Assembly (NCBI GenBank): GCA_030141605.1
Contig: JAQGDQ010000041.1
Span: forward strand, 868,001-932,000
Direction: 5' to 3'
Length of the DNA: 64,000 nucleotides
Origin: Tubiluchus corallicola
Taxonomy: Eukaryota; Animalia; Priapulida
Each line of letters starts with the position of its first letter. Position 1 is the first letter of the stretch. The notes under the pieces are model-generated. The model was not told the DNA's origin, ran no database searches, and was given only the letters and a program-made list of their open reading frames with translations. Both the position numbers and the translations under genes were made by a program. This document shows, one piece after another, positions 47,101-61,600 of this stretch.

Positions 47101-48789
47101 GAAAGCAGAACGTTTTGATTTTTATAAATAGTTTTATTTTCCTCTGCGATGTCTTCCGTATGTTACGGGTCGCAGAAAAACCACTGGCTGTATTGACAGG
47201 ACCGATCTTTGACTGGTTAATGCTACTCATTGACATGACTGCCTCGGAGGAGGAAACAGAGATAGCTTGTGAACAGGTAGGCACAAGAATGAAACTGTTT
47301 TTGTGTTAAAAGTTGCTATACTAATGTTGTATGGAATTCGTTTGCTATAAAGAGATATGAAAGCTTTATACAAAATTGGATACTGACAAAATAGCATGCA
47401 CTTTAAGTATTTTTATTTACAGTAGTTTATCTCCTTAATCCTGTCAAACAAATGTAGCAAAATCAAGATGTGTTTTGATAAACAGGTTGCCACGTTATAA
47501 ATCATTCGGAAATTGAAATATTTGCTTTTACAGATACTCCCATTTTTAATCAATGTTAAACTGCAAATGCTGTCTATTTGTTAAATTGTTACTAATACCT
47601 AGGGAGGCATCAAAAATGACTTTTTGCCAAGAACAGTTCCTATAAGTTAACTTTTTAAAGAAAAATAGAACCCAGTTTTTGTGTAATTGTGTAAAATGAT
47701 CTAATTTGTAAGACATTAAAATGGAAAATGCTATTTCTTAAAAGAATAGCTTATGTGAAAGGATTAATACCGCAGAAGCTTAATTTCACGCAAATAGTTT
47801 TTGCCTGTTACATGTGTTTCGCCATTCATTGTTAGATGGACAACGGGTCAACAGTCCCTGTATTGTGGAAATGGGTTGAGTAAAATATGTGTTGTACTGG
47901 GTTATATGTTTCATTGTGACGTTTCACAGTTAGCACACTGCTGAACTTGGAAACTTAAATTTCTCATACTTAAAATTTACATTGTTGGTATGAATCATAG
48001 TCACTGCTGTACAGTAGCACTGTATTTTAATTTTTGCTTTCATGAACACATACAGCAGACCCACAGAATGTTTCTGCCATAATCAAAAGTATCCATTTTC
48101 TTGATTATCTTTTGGCCTTTAATCAGCATAGACATTTTATGACAAAATCTTATTGGTGCTAAGTTACTTAGCCATCTGCACTAAGACTAGTATCATAAAC
48201 ACTCATAAGTTACAGAGCTGGGCTGTGGTAATTTCTTACTTGCTGCTGATTTACTGGCATTTTACCTTCTGTTGTGGGACAAGTAAATAGGCTTCGTTTG
48301 TGAAGTCAGTTAACCAGAATTAAATATAAGAAGACGAATCAAATAGAATTTATTTTTCTCGAAAGTCTGTAATGCGAAAATTGCTGCTTTGTGTAGAAGC
48401 TTAATCAATCTGTAAATTTAAAACTTCTTTTGAAAGAAAAGAATGCGTTTCAGTCCTGTAGTTAGATGCGCCATGCATGATTTCTGGAAACGGCAATCTG
48501 CTTGGTGTAATGTTGACAAGCTTGTGTTATTCTTTTTGCAAATTTGTTATAGTTAATGCAAATTGGCGAACTTTTGGAAAAACATGGCAGTAAAGAGAAG
48601 ATGAACTCTGTAATGGACTGCATTCGCACAAAACTTTGCTCAGAAGAAATATCGTCTATCGAACGTTATCATCTCTTGTGTGCTTTGGAGCATTACCTCT
48701 GCAATTGGCTGCTTCCGGAAGCTACGGTCACCACTTACAGTAATCTTAAAAACAAAATAAACCAAGGTGAATTTTTGACTTCAAGGTGA
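41140..48789 (+). CDS. MIF4GD: MIF4G domain-containing protein (MIF4GD/SLIP1 or CTIF-like), 4 coding exons, 232 aa
   Basis: Exons 41140-41285, 44172-44296, 47086-47276, 48553-48789, GT-AG and in frame. HEAT-like helices: AAMLC...EGVKFRSLLLSSLQQDF, FLCDVF..LRV..KPLAVLTGPIF..L..L, EQLMQIGELLE, RYHLLCALE..L.NW. Short length fits MIF4GD better than CTIF. Confidence 0.82.
44505..45020 (+). mobile_element. L2-type LINE 3' end with simple-repeat tail
   Basis: NGLAPSY and FCIAAPKL*NNLPTYARKMANVEKFKSFLKTCFY, then AATAAA and (ATT)n/(ATC)n tail at 44970-45020. Confidence 0.75.
46256..46721. mobile_element. MITE with GGTCACAGATT termini
   Basis: Perfect 15-bp inverted repeat TGTAGGTCACAGATT (46256-46270) / AATCTGTGACCTACA (46707-46721), possibly including a TA target site. 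Confidence 0.75.
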
Positions 48790-51700
48790 TTTTTGTTCAT
48801 GTATATTGTAATCTGCAAGTAAAAATTTGTTTGTGATTAATAGCAAGTCTGTATTGCACAATGGTAATGCATAGCAGAATGTGTTGTCTTGTGAAACGCC
48901 ATTAAATGAAGCTATACTTGTCATGGGGAGCAATGTAAGTGGATGGGGACACTTTCAGGGGGCAAAAACAACAACTTACATAAATCAAATGTTTTATGGC
49001 TTTTATTACTTGCATTTATACATTATGTTATACATTATACCAAAAGGCAAAATGAAATTATTTATTGTAACATTATTGCAGCATCTGCACTACATAATTT
49101 ACATGAAATTAACAAGGTACAGATGCAATAATTCTGTAGACATAGCTATTTTAACAAAATTAAAATTTTAAGTGTTAATTTTACTGTTTGTACGGTTGGT
49201 GAACAGTTAACTGAGATAAATTAAAATTGTTACCTATGTCTTTGGTTTTCTCTTTGGCACAATATTCTCTCATAATATCCTGTTTAATGCCAAAGATTTT
49301 CTCTCATTTATACTAACAATGAGTTTCAGTTGTATAATTTCAACAAGGTGAATATAAATACAGTAGCTAGTCCACATGGGGGTACCATTAAGCAGGTAAG
49401 CACCAGCAATAAGTCACGCTTAGCAGACTATTGTGAATTTGTACAACAAACTGTGATGACACAGTGCTTTTTCTTTGTAAATTTCTAACACAACAAACAA
49501 AATTTCAATGACACTAAAGTGAAACAGTCACATGATTAAGTGAAAAAACGTTAAAAGTTAATTGTCATTAAAACGAATTGTCGCTAAGTAAGTGAGCCAA
49601 TAAGTAAGGACTTGATACTTAATAGTACTTTCATTCTTTGTGTTGAATTGTCATCTGGTAGAAGTGGAAAACTTGTTCCGGAGAGCAGAAATCAAAATTT
49701 GTTTCACAAATTTTGTTGTCTGGAAAATTAAATCAGGTCATATACTTGGCTATCTCATGCATTTTCTCCAGGAGTTAATTTTCCAAGCATCTCAGTACGT
49801 GTACTAATTTTAGCATTGTTACATTAAGCATGTTAAGCTAGAATTGTTCTTTTTGAAAAAGAAGAGAATGTTTTAGACTTCTGTTTTGCAATTTTATGGA
49901 AAATTGGCCTGTAAAATGTAGTGTAAATGACTAATCACATTTTTACTTTTTATACCTACAGTTGAAATGGTTTCTCTTGTCTAGTTGATTTTAATTCTTA
50001 CTTATACATTATAATCTTAATTACAATGAATTATTCCATTTATATAAAAATTCTGGGTAAACGGACTGCATGATGTCTTGAAATGCCACACAATTGTTTA
50101 TTCTGCTGACTATGGCATGTGCATAATTTCTGGTTTATAGTTAATGCTTGTACAAAAAAATAGCAATGGTATTTTCACAAAAACTCAGGGTGCTATTACA
50201 TTAGGGACACTATTATACGTTTTTTTGTAATTGTTACCCAGCAAAAGATGTTCTTCAGAAATGTGTACCTTTTTTAGAAAATGATTATTGTATTATGATT
50301 TTAATTTATAGATATATGTTTAGTGTTTTGGATGTTGCCAAATGGCCAAACCTATAATTCTTGTTTTATTGATGTGAATCATACTTATTTGTTACATTAG
50401 TTGCTGCATTGTCACATTCTTTCACAACGTATTCAGCTCCAGCTGATCAATTTAGTATTTTGCAAATAAAAATGTTTGTGGTATATATCAGAGCTTCAAT
50501 GTACAATGTACTTTTGTGAGGAATTGAACACATTCGTCGTGTTTTGAGTTTTGTTTTCTCTGTTTAAAATAAAAACTTTCCTAGTAAGGCCAAAGTTCAG
50601 ATTATTTGCAATTTGATCAGGTCATGAATAAGACTGCAGAAGCACGAACCTCTCCTAAACCCACTACTATGTGTACACGTAAAGGTCGAGTTATTAGATT
50701 GCCAAAGAAGTATTGTGATTAACGTGTTGTTTGACTTAACATTTTGTTTTGTTTATTACACTGTATGCAACTAACTTACAGAGATTCCTTATTGTGTAAT
50801 TGTCTATATATTTTCCTGTTCCATAGTAGTGTGGATCTGTTGTTTCTGCAAAAATAGTAGTTGGGATCTGCTGTCACTGTAACATGTGTCTTAATGTTGT
50901 ATTGATTTCTATTGTGCAAGTTTTCGTTGAGCCTACAGAGGTTAAGTCTAATGTTGTAACCCACTTGGCCTATTCTCTCCTGAGAATAGGAGTGGGAGGA
51001 TGTGGAAGTTGGTCGCGAATTGCGGCCGTAATTGCTGTACGCGAATATGAATATAGTTCTGTTTGCAAGGATTTCCCAGACTGGTTTTTGGCGACGATGC
51101 CATGATCTGAAGTTTTACTAAAATTTGGTTTTGCTTTGTTGTCACTGATTGAGGCAACTCTCCTATGTTTTGATTAATAAATACATTTAGCTACTCTACA
51201 TTGTTCCAGTCCTAATTTGGGATTACAGCCTAAATGTGAGAAAAGTCACAGCAATACATAGCTGCTCTAATGTATAAAAAAGCAACACAGCATATTAGGC
51301 AAGGTCGCTTCAAAGAAAGTTTTTGCGGTAAATTTTTGCACTACATTCTGCATGTCATTTTTTTCTGTTGGCCTAAAAGTATAATAGTGAGTCAAATACC
51401 TCATCAAATCTCAGGGAGCCAGGGTGGTAAGTTGGGTAAAAACTTAGTAGGATAGTAAGTCATGATATGCCAAAAATGAAAAAAAAAGCAAAAGATCATA
51501 GCTGCTGGAGTGATTCTGTGAAGGATTTAAAAAGTTTTCTAATGATGAGATGATTAACTGTGCTAATTGCATGTTGACTATTTGCTATATAATGATATGG
51601 AAAATGACGAACGCTTCAAACATTGTTAATAAAATACTTTTATTATTACTGTACCACTATTTGAAAAGCTTTTATATCAGAGTAATCTTGCTGGTCTAGA

Positions 51701-52642
51701 ATTTACAGAAAATTAGACTTGTAGTCAACAGTTACATCACTTATTTTAACTTCTTCAGCACAAGTGTCATTGTGTTTTATTCTATACGTTTGTTTGAAAG
51801 ATATTGAGCATCCAAGTTGAGACAAAAAACTCAATTTTTCTCAAAAACCCTAGTTGTTTCTCAAGAATACAAAGAACAGTCAAGATCGACTTCATGTTGT
51901 ATGAACAAAGACTGTAAGCAAAGAACAACATACAAAGACTGCATTATATTTATTGTGTACTCCAACCTTTCTTTGCAATGTCAAAGTTAATAATGTAATT
52001 AATAATAATAATAATAATAATTAGAAAATTTTTCATAAAATATATGTGGACGGTACTTTGAGGCAAAAATATGCTTTGAGACTGGTCTAGATACAAAGGC
52101 ATTTCAGAAGGTGCATCTCTCTTAAACATTTCATAGACTACACAATTCCACAGTTCCCTTGAGTGCAAAGATCAAAAGATTCCTATTCATCACAGCAAGG
52201 CTCTTTAGAAAAAAATTACTGATCATTTACAAATCATGTTTATATAACCGATCAACACTAATTATGGTGTTTGTTGCTGCACTACAAAGCTATTCCTCTA
52301 ATTTGTTGTTCCTATTAAAAAATTAACAAAAAAGGATTAAACGTTTCATGGCAGTTTTAGCAAAGTCCTGTATCATTTACTACATTACAATGTGGTATAT
52401 ATTTGTTTTAAATAAAAAGACAGTTATAAAGGTACATGCGTTCCTTTCTCGCTGTAACTTTGGTAAAATACAAAACAGTATTTTGACTATTAAATTTTAT
52501 GACAATTAATACAAAAACTTGAAATTACTTTTAAATTCAAGATTTTAAACATCAGAACTTCCTGCTCTAATGGAGCAAACAATTACGCTAAGCTAGAATA
52601 TTATCTAACAGAATTCTTTGTTAATTAATTAGTAGCGCTGTG

Positions 52643-55600
52643 CTAGACGCGTTTAAATCTCATCCTTCCACAATTTTCGAGGAATTCTGTAATAAAAACA
52701 ATTATATAAGATAGGCCTATAATTATAATAAAAGCATAACATTCATTTTAAATGTACCAAAACCAACTCAGAAAGTTTCTTATTCTCAGATAATTGCATT
52801 AATACAACATTCAGGACCACTATCTTTGACATTATTGAAAACTTTTCTCAACAAGTTGCTTTACATTGCGTAGTGATGAATAATTACCCAAATTTCAAGC
52901 CAAACTCCAAAATCAAATAAAACCCATCTGGCGATGCAGCACATCTGTTACAAAAAGACAAAGAATTAGAAGTTATGTAAAGATTTAAAAAGAGAAACTG
53001 ACTTTATATCGATTTGCATATCAATAACATATAAAAAGCTAATATTACCATCCTGTTTGGATTTCTTTTCTTCACTGTCTGGTAGTTCATTTTTGAGGAC
53101 TGATGTCACTGCTTCTTCCTGATTTGATTCAGATTCCAACTGCTGTTGTTCTCTTTCTTGCACCTGTGTATGATAGGTAGCGTGAAAAAAATTGAATGGG
53201 GTCTTGATTTGTATCAGGGACCTTTGAATTTCAAATTGAACATCGTAGATCATTAGATCACTCAGTCCTTTTGATCAAAACAGGTTCTGATTAAATTTGA
53301 ACTTATTAGGATTTACTTTGAATCTCCCTTTAGCGCCTTGATAGCAGTTTAAAATTGTGCGCTTCTAATTTAAAGTGTATTTGATTAAATCCAGGCTGAG
53401 TTAGTCTTTTAATTTGCAGTTTTAGATTTTATTGTCACATTATTTTTGCAGAATATATTTACAACAATCATCTATAAGTGCAAAATACTGAACATAAAAA
53501 TATTTGGTAACAAAGTTAACATCATCAGCCCAACTAAAAAAGAACTATAAGAACATTCTGTTCAATTGTACACGATTCCAAAGGCGAAATTATCGGCATA
53601 ATTGATTATAGCAGGAGTGTCCAACATACGGCCCGCGGGCCAGAATCCGGCCCGCCATGCGTTTCTATCTGGCCCGCGAAGTTTCTCTTATTTTGTCAAA
53701 ATTTAATAGACAGCTGCACTTGTAACTCAACTATCAGATTTGCTGGTCGTCAACAATCCATGAAGGTCACAGTCATTAACACGTGACTTCGATTTCTGAC
53801 TCAGCAGGTCGCCACAAGGCAGACAGACAGTTTAAACGTAAACATTGTAAACTGATCAAAAGCATAAACTTATAAGACTATCTCTTCTATCTTAAATGTA
53901 ACATAAAATGTATTTTGTGCTTCATTGTCTTTTTGTGGTTGTGAAATTGTTAATCCGGCCCGCGACTGCTTTGAAGGTTGTACACTTGGCCCTCAGTTCA
54001 AAAAGGTTGGACACCCCTGGATTATAGTTAGACTTGTGATCCTCCTATATGCAGATCTGAGACAGACTGCAACTCGTGACTGAAATGAGACTGTCTTGTC
54101 ATTTGTTGGGTTCACAGTCGTTCCTAGTAACAGTGCTCTGCTTGATAACTAAACAATCTTGTTGAAATACGGCAAGACCCTTTTCAGCTGTAATATATTT
54201 TGCCTTTTTTCAAAGCTATAATCCGCACTTCTGTAGCTTATGACTTGCAAGTATCAAGGTACTATATAATTTTCACAATCTATTTGAAAGCTAGGATGTC
54301 ACTGTTGTTTTCAAATTTTTGTAACATTTGATAAAAAACCTGCAATTGTTGACGACGACGGCGACGCTTGCTAAGCTTCTCGTGCAAGCCAGCTTGCATG
54401 CGAATCCGATTCTCCTCCTGACCTTGATGAAACTGCTGCATCTCCTCTTCATGTTGCTTCTTTAAATTTTCAATGTTACCTGCACGTAAGAATGTCCAAA
54501 TATCAATTAGCGATAAACAGTATAAATGCAATAAATGATATCTAATGCTATCAATGCCCCTGAACCTACTAGATGAAAAAAATCACGCAAGCTAGGATTG
54601 CAACACATACCATGCTGACTGTATTACCAACATAAATTTCAAACATCATCTCATTTTTATTCGCTTGGCACTCTGTAAGCTAAAATCTGTGGCAGAACTG
54701 GAGCCTAGATCATCATGAAGGGTAATCGCCAGAGACGAGGCACAGAAGCCTTTACTGTGATTACGAAGTAGCTTTCTGCTCAGTCTCAATACTGTTTACA
54801 ACATTACAGTAACAAGTTTTGTTCAGATTTAATTTCTGTCATTTCAATTTTCGTGAAATTTCTATTTTACAAAATTAAATCCCATATTGAATTTAACAAC
54901 AAATTATATAATGTGTTTCACACGTCACCACGTCCCAAACTCAACAAATCTACCCTAAATAAATTTTTTTATTGACCTATCCTTACATAGTTGCGCTCTC
55001 TTTCATGCTCACATCTCAATCTAAATTAGCCCTTTACCATTAAGCCGGACTGAGTCTAAACTCTAAATCTAAACTTGCAGGCCACGACAATAATAAAACA
55101 GCTGGTGATGTTCATTGCTTCAAAATGCATATGTACTTGAGACCATTATTATAGTCAGTCGTTAGATCAACAATTCAAAGAATTAAAATGCTAATTTTTT
55201 TATTTATCACCATCACAGCAATTGACCAGGTCAACCTAGCTTAACAGTTAGTCAAATGATTCTACATTTATACAATTTTACCTGTTAGGCTTTTCATTAC
55301 AACTATGCTATAAATGTCACCCAGGAATAAATATACGTTAAAATTGAGATAAAACCTTGATAAATAAAGATCACATCCGGGTATTTCACACGTCGCTCAT
55401 TATTTTTAAAATTTGCTAAAATAGCTATTACAAGACAAACCATATGACAATTCAACTGCTAAGTTTACAACTCACTAGAATTTTAGTTGCATCAAACTTC
55501 ATAAATCGTAAGTCTACTTTATGAAACAAGCCAAACAACTATTCTACATATTGTTGGACAACATAAAAGAAACACATGCAGGCCCAAGGAGAGGGGGTGC

Positions 55601-58600
55601 AGCTGGACGCCCTACTCTGGCTATGCAACGGTAAAGTTAGAAACTCTAAATTTTTTTGGCTGGACAATATTTTTATTGGATTCTCACCTACATTTGAGAT
55701 TATTTCATATGTTAAACAATGAAGACCTAGTACTGTAAAACATGAATCTTTAACTTGATTTATGCATGTTAGGCCTAACAATTTGTGCAGCTGGGTCCAG
55801 CCACAGAATAATTTCCAATTTTCTAAACCTAACATCAGTTTTGTGCATTGTACAGCCAAAGCTCGCCTATAGATTTTTCTACAAGTCGGGCAGTCTCAGT
55901 TTGCTCACGAGCAATATCCAGGTGATATTACTGATGAACTCATAATGGAGATGAGACATTGGCCAACATTTACATTCAGTAAACTGAAACAGGTTAAAGT
56001 TTCCTTAGATCCACAATGACACAGGGACGGCTAGCAGACCTGGCAATATTCAGTACTGAGCCTTTTTATTTAGTAGAAAATGAACTGGGACGTATTATGG
56101 TTCACTGTGAAATTAAAATATTACAGTTATTAAGAAATAAAGATTATTAAATTATTGTAGTGCATTTTATTATCTTCATGTCCTTGTACAGGTGAGGGAA
56201 AGATGCCCAAAATTTGTCTTGGTCCTCACATAAAAATTTTTTCGGCAGCCTTGAACACAAGCATTCCTTGTCCGTTGTTCTAATGTGGGGAGGTCTCGCA
56301 GCTTGGTAGCATGCACTTTGCTCTTAATGTAACTTCACAAAAAGAAGTTCATGGTGTGTGCTCCAGAGAGTGAGCAATCCATGTGACTTTAAACCTCTGC
56401 TTTAGATCAACACAGTAGCAGAAGGAAATGGCACAAAACTTCAAATGCAGGCTCAAAAACTTCTGACCTACTTAGTAAGAGTTTACCATAAGATGAATGT
56501 CATTAGACAACTAGCAGCAAAGAAAACTGAAAAAAATTGCGAGTGATTTATAAAACACCTTGGCCTATTTGATCAATACTTACCAAATATGTCTTGTTGG
56601 GAAGGCATGGCAGCAGATGACAATGTGTTGTCAGCATGTTCTTTTGGAACTTCAGCCTAAAAAACAATGAAAAGATATTACAAGATCAATATAAAGATTA
56701 ACACAGTAACTGAAAGCAGGTAGTGAATAAGATCTCTCCACCCAACTGTACATTCTGCAAAATAACCAAACATTGCTTTTCTGAAGCTAAAAGTATAAAC
56801 AAGACGTGATGTCATGCGATGGGCAACGATTCGTTCTGTTTACCACGAGGAGACATTATGCTGTTTCATACCTTTAATAAATAGTGATTACTACTTTCCC
56901 TTACTTAAATTTTAAATTTAAAAGTACATACTTTAATAAATTTAAATTAACACAACAGAGAAAAGTAAAACTTAGTGACAACAATATCTGATTTAATTTC
57001 GTGCAGCAAGGACTTCAGATAACACAACGTAAATCAGCATAAAATCAAAGACCAATAATAATGCAATAATCCATTGCATACCTTACGTGGTGAATACAGC
57101 AAATTTCACAGCACACAAAGAAGATGTATGGCAAAAGATAGGAGACATCACACTGCAAGAATTTGACAACCTACACACACAAAAATGCATGTGAAAAGCA
57201 AAAATGCAAAACATTACTGACCAGCTATCAGCCATTATTAGCAATTATGCTTCGTCTGCAGTGGCATGCCAATACACATGTTAGCACATTAATTATCACG
57301 ATCAAAAAAATCATATTCCATTCATTATCCAGCCAATCGCTTTTGGCAGGTTTCATGTACCTGTATTCAGCACAACAAGTGCTAAATTTTTGGCATTTGC
57401 TTGCTGTAATAAGGTCAAAATTAGCAAAACGAAAGGCTATGTCATAGTTCATACCAGCGATCGCTCGGCTGTGAAACAAATTTTATTAGCTTCTGTTTAA
57501 AGTAAACTCATCCAATGGTAACTATAATGGCTGATAAAAATAAGTTGCAAAACTGGTTAAGCAGTTCTTGTGCATATGAACAATGGCATATAGATGTGAC
57601 AGTACAATAGGTAAAGCACATAGCTTGTAAACGAGAAGTCTATGCTCAATTTCTAACCAGATCAAAACGAAAGTTTTCCAAAAACTTATTTATTTATAGC
57701 TTCGAGTCTTACAATAAAAATAGTATAAACATGGTCTTCAAAATGGGTATAGCTACTCAACTGTCGACATTTTTGACTCCTATTAGTACATGTGGTGCAG
57801 TAGTTGTTGGCATGACTGTTTGCTGGCCATGTTATTTGCAACACTGCACCCTCTTAAGAAAACAAATGAATTAACCATTATTGAACTGCATTGTGAAATA
57901 AAATCAAGTGCAGCAATGCGACTTACCATATTTCTTTATTTATGACTTCACATTGTCATAAGTTTTAGTTAATGCTATCAATAATTGTGAAAATGTCACA
58001 ACACAGCAGTTTTTTACTAAAATAATATGCTAAGAAACAAAAAACACTGCAAAACTAAAATAAACTCACATAATGCAAATAAACTGACCAGCAGGTCAAA
58101 ACAAGTTACATTCTCAAGTGATCATTAGCACACTTTACCATTAAATCGGGTTTTATTGTCTGTTCAGCCAGTTCCTTGTTTATGGACACTGAATCTGCTT
58201 CGGCAAATTCAACTTTTGGTTCTTCAGTCTCGGCTACTTTAGCAGCAGGAACCCAAGCATCTAGCTCATCTGCAAATAAATCTTGATTCATTAAAGCAAT
58301 ATGGCACTCTAAATAAGGCTACATTAGATATCACATATATGACGACATGTTCTTTAAGCTACTTCACTTTAGCAGCAGGAACCAATGCACATATTCGTGT
58401 GCAAGGAATTTGAATGCTAAATGATTAAGCAGTGTTTAATACAATTTTGAACCAGTTACATACTGTAACATATCCAGCAAGTGAAAAGCACTTTTTCAAT
58501 CTTTAAATTTTATTATGATAGCTGGGACGGTCAGTAAATGAGACAAAAACCCACTCACCTGAGTTCCTTTGGACTCAATACAGAGGAAAAGGGTAAAGAA

Positions 58601-61600
58601 GGGTATGTCATCTATGCAGTGTTTTAAGTTTATTGATAAAGGTATAAGTGAAGAGAGAGTAAGATATCATTAATAAGATTGTTTAAATGCATTTGTGCAG
58701 TAATAAATGCAATAGCGTAAAGCTAATATTCAAAGCATAAGTATAAGAAATTGTGTGTACTGCCATGTGAACATGAAACAAATGCCAGTTAAGTTCCATA
58801 ATATCTTATACGTTAATCTAAACAGACAGGTTGCTTTTAGTTTTTATATACTCTACCTATATCGATTTGCTCAGCCTCTCGATCACCCAGAACTTCTCGA
58901 ACCTTCTCTCGCATCAAGAACATGCGCTCTTTGTGTAACTCTTTTTCTTTTTCTGCTTCCAGTACCATTACTTCCTCCAAGTCTTTAGTAATGCTAGTAT
59001 TGATAACCTGCAAACATCACAAAGTAAATAGGTACCCATATTTTACACTTAATCAGGTCTTTCAAAAGAGTAAAATCATACAAAATAGGATCAATTTCAG
59101 TGACAGACGCTAAATTTGTGAAGACAGACAATCTAGTTTTCGCAAAAGCTCATAAGCTCCTAAAAGATAACCTTAAAAACAGTAGCCTATATGTAGTCAA
59201 AGTCCCCAGCAGATAAGAAGGTCCAGAATCGGAACAATGTAAATATATTATTGCTAAATGATGGTGATGATGATGATGACGATGATGATGGTGGTGGTGA
59301 CGGTGATTATGATGATGGAGATAAATGAATGTAAGAGGGTGTCATTCATGTCGACAATAATGACGACAAAGATAACACTGAAAATGACAACAGTATTTAA
59401 AAAACAAGACAGCCATTTACCTCAGTAAACCAGTACAGTAAAGCAGCACATCTCTTATGAGTTGCATCATAACAATGCCAGGCGTGTGCATGACGTTCCA
59501 CGGATTGCATGTCAGTGAAAACATAGTGAGCTGCTCGTGCTAATGTATCTACCTCGCTAGGTCCACAATACGGAAACTGCAAAGGTCAAAATTGTATAGT
59601 TACATAATTATACTAAATGTAATACTGTACATACAAACTATCAACCCAGCATGCACAGCTGCACGCACATATAAATACATATACAGATATGCACAATCTG
59701 CATGCTGTAAGCATAAAAATGATTTAAGTTTAAAAGATGTGTAGCATGCATTTTCATTTCCCTGAAAGCAGGCTTAAGACTTATAGCACACACATATTAC
59801 CACAATCTGAGCAAATTATCAAATAAGTTAATAACACACCAATTTAACACAATTTAATGCAAATATAAAACAATTCGTTCCTTTAAAAAATATTTATATT
59901 TGGAAACTGGCAATCACATAAAAGCAAGAACATATTCAAGTAGTCACAGAAAACTGATCTACTGTTATCGCCGTTTTAATTAGCTTGTACTTTAAGCAAA
60001 ATGATTGAATCCAGCTTTGACTAAAAATGGTTCTCTGTCCTCAAACTGTGAACAGCAGCACATGAAGAGATTCTTTGCACAGTAATGATTAACCAAGCAG
60101 CTTGTACAGCAAGTGGTCTGTAATGCAATGCAGTCTTATTCAAACAAAAAAAGAAACGTCATGACCATATACTAAACTAGCCATGCAGGATGTCAAGAGG
60201 ATGATTTTATAATTAAATTACTGTATACAGCAACTACTTGTTGGCAGATACACGACTCGTCATGCAGATGTTCCCAGGGGTACCAGAAGCAGTGGGACAA
60301 CCTTTTATAACAAAAACTCCAAAAATATAAAGGCTAAACAGTTTTTTCATTACATTATAATGATAAATCGTTACAAAATGGATGTGCTTACATCCACATG
60401 CACTTCATTAACAAATTTATTGTCCAGAAGAAGTTAGGTTTGTCTATCTTTTGTCATTGCTGTCGTAATTATTGTTTTTGCTGTCAAACAAAGTTCCCTT
60501 TCAACAAAGCTGTCAACCTCTTAAATTTACTTCTGGCACCCCTCTTCAAATATGCATGATAAAGAAATTTATTTATTGAGCCAATTCTACAATAAATTAT
60601 ATAGGTGATCATTCAGTATGCAACTACTATAGCTATAGTTTATAAATCTATGGACTATATATGTTACACCCCTGATCAGTCCTACATAACAAATTCTGCA
60701 GAAACAGATCTTTTCGGCAAATGTTCATCTATATTAATTATATTCGGCAGATCTATATTAATAATATTAATTACATTTAATATATAATTAATAATTATTC
60801 TTGCATATTAGAATCAGAATTTAAAGAAGCCACCAACCATTAACATTACAGGTTCAGTTTTACCTGAATATTCTCCAGCTGTGCATGTGCATTTCGTTGA
60901 TTCTGTATTGCAGCTACCAGGTAATTCCTAACTTCAGCTGCCATGTGAGACATTCGAGCCAAATCACTATGAAATAATATGAGAATTAAGAACTGTTTCA
61001 TCTTAATTTACTGGCATCCCAAATTAAAATTTCAAATTAGTATTTCAAACTACTACAGTAATACTGTACGAATGTCGCTTCTGCAAAGAGATTTATAAAT
61101 AGACATAATTGCCTTGTAGTCAATTAAAATGTAGTTTTTTATAACACTGTTGTGTATTTATTTATATTCTAAAGAAAGTCTAAAATACGTTGATCAGTAA
61201 ACATCGCAGGTTATGGGCAGAAACATTTTGCAGTCAATAACACCAGCATACATGTAATTTTTTGTGGGGTAAGTAATGTTATGAGATGCAGGCGATTATA
61301 ACTGTCATTCAAAAAATATTATTAATGGGTCATTATATCTACTGCATAATTCTTAATCACAACAAATTTGCATCAACTAATCACCAAGGGCTAAAACAAA
61401 ACAAAAAACGGCTACAACTTTCACTTTTACTTAGTTAAAACATTAGTCAGTGAATTGCATGCACATTTTCTGTAAGTGCATACAGCTGAATCATACTGAG
61501 ATTCAAAAAGCGAAAACACCTATTTATATTTAATGTTTCATAATGCAATATAATAAAATTAAATAATAGTCGAGGTTTCAAATGGGCTTTTTTAATTGCA

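Noticed and set aside
58857-59007. Apparent frameshift in this exon
   Set aside because: On re-reading the frame is continuous (ELHKERMFLMREKVREVLG).
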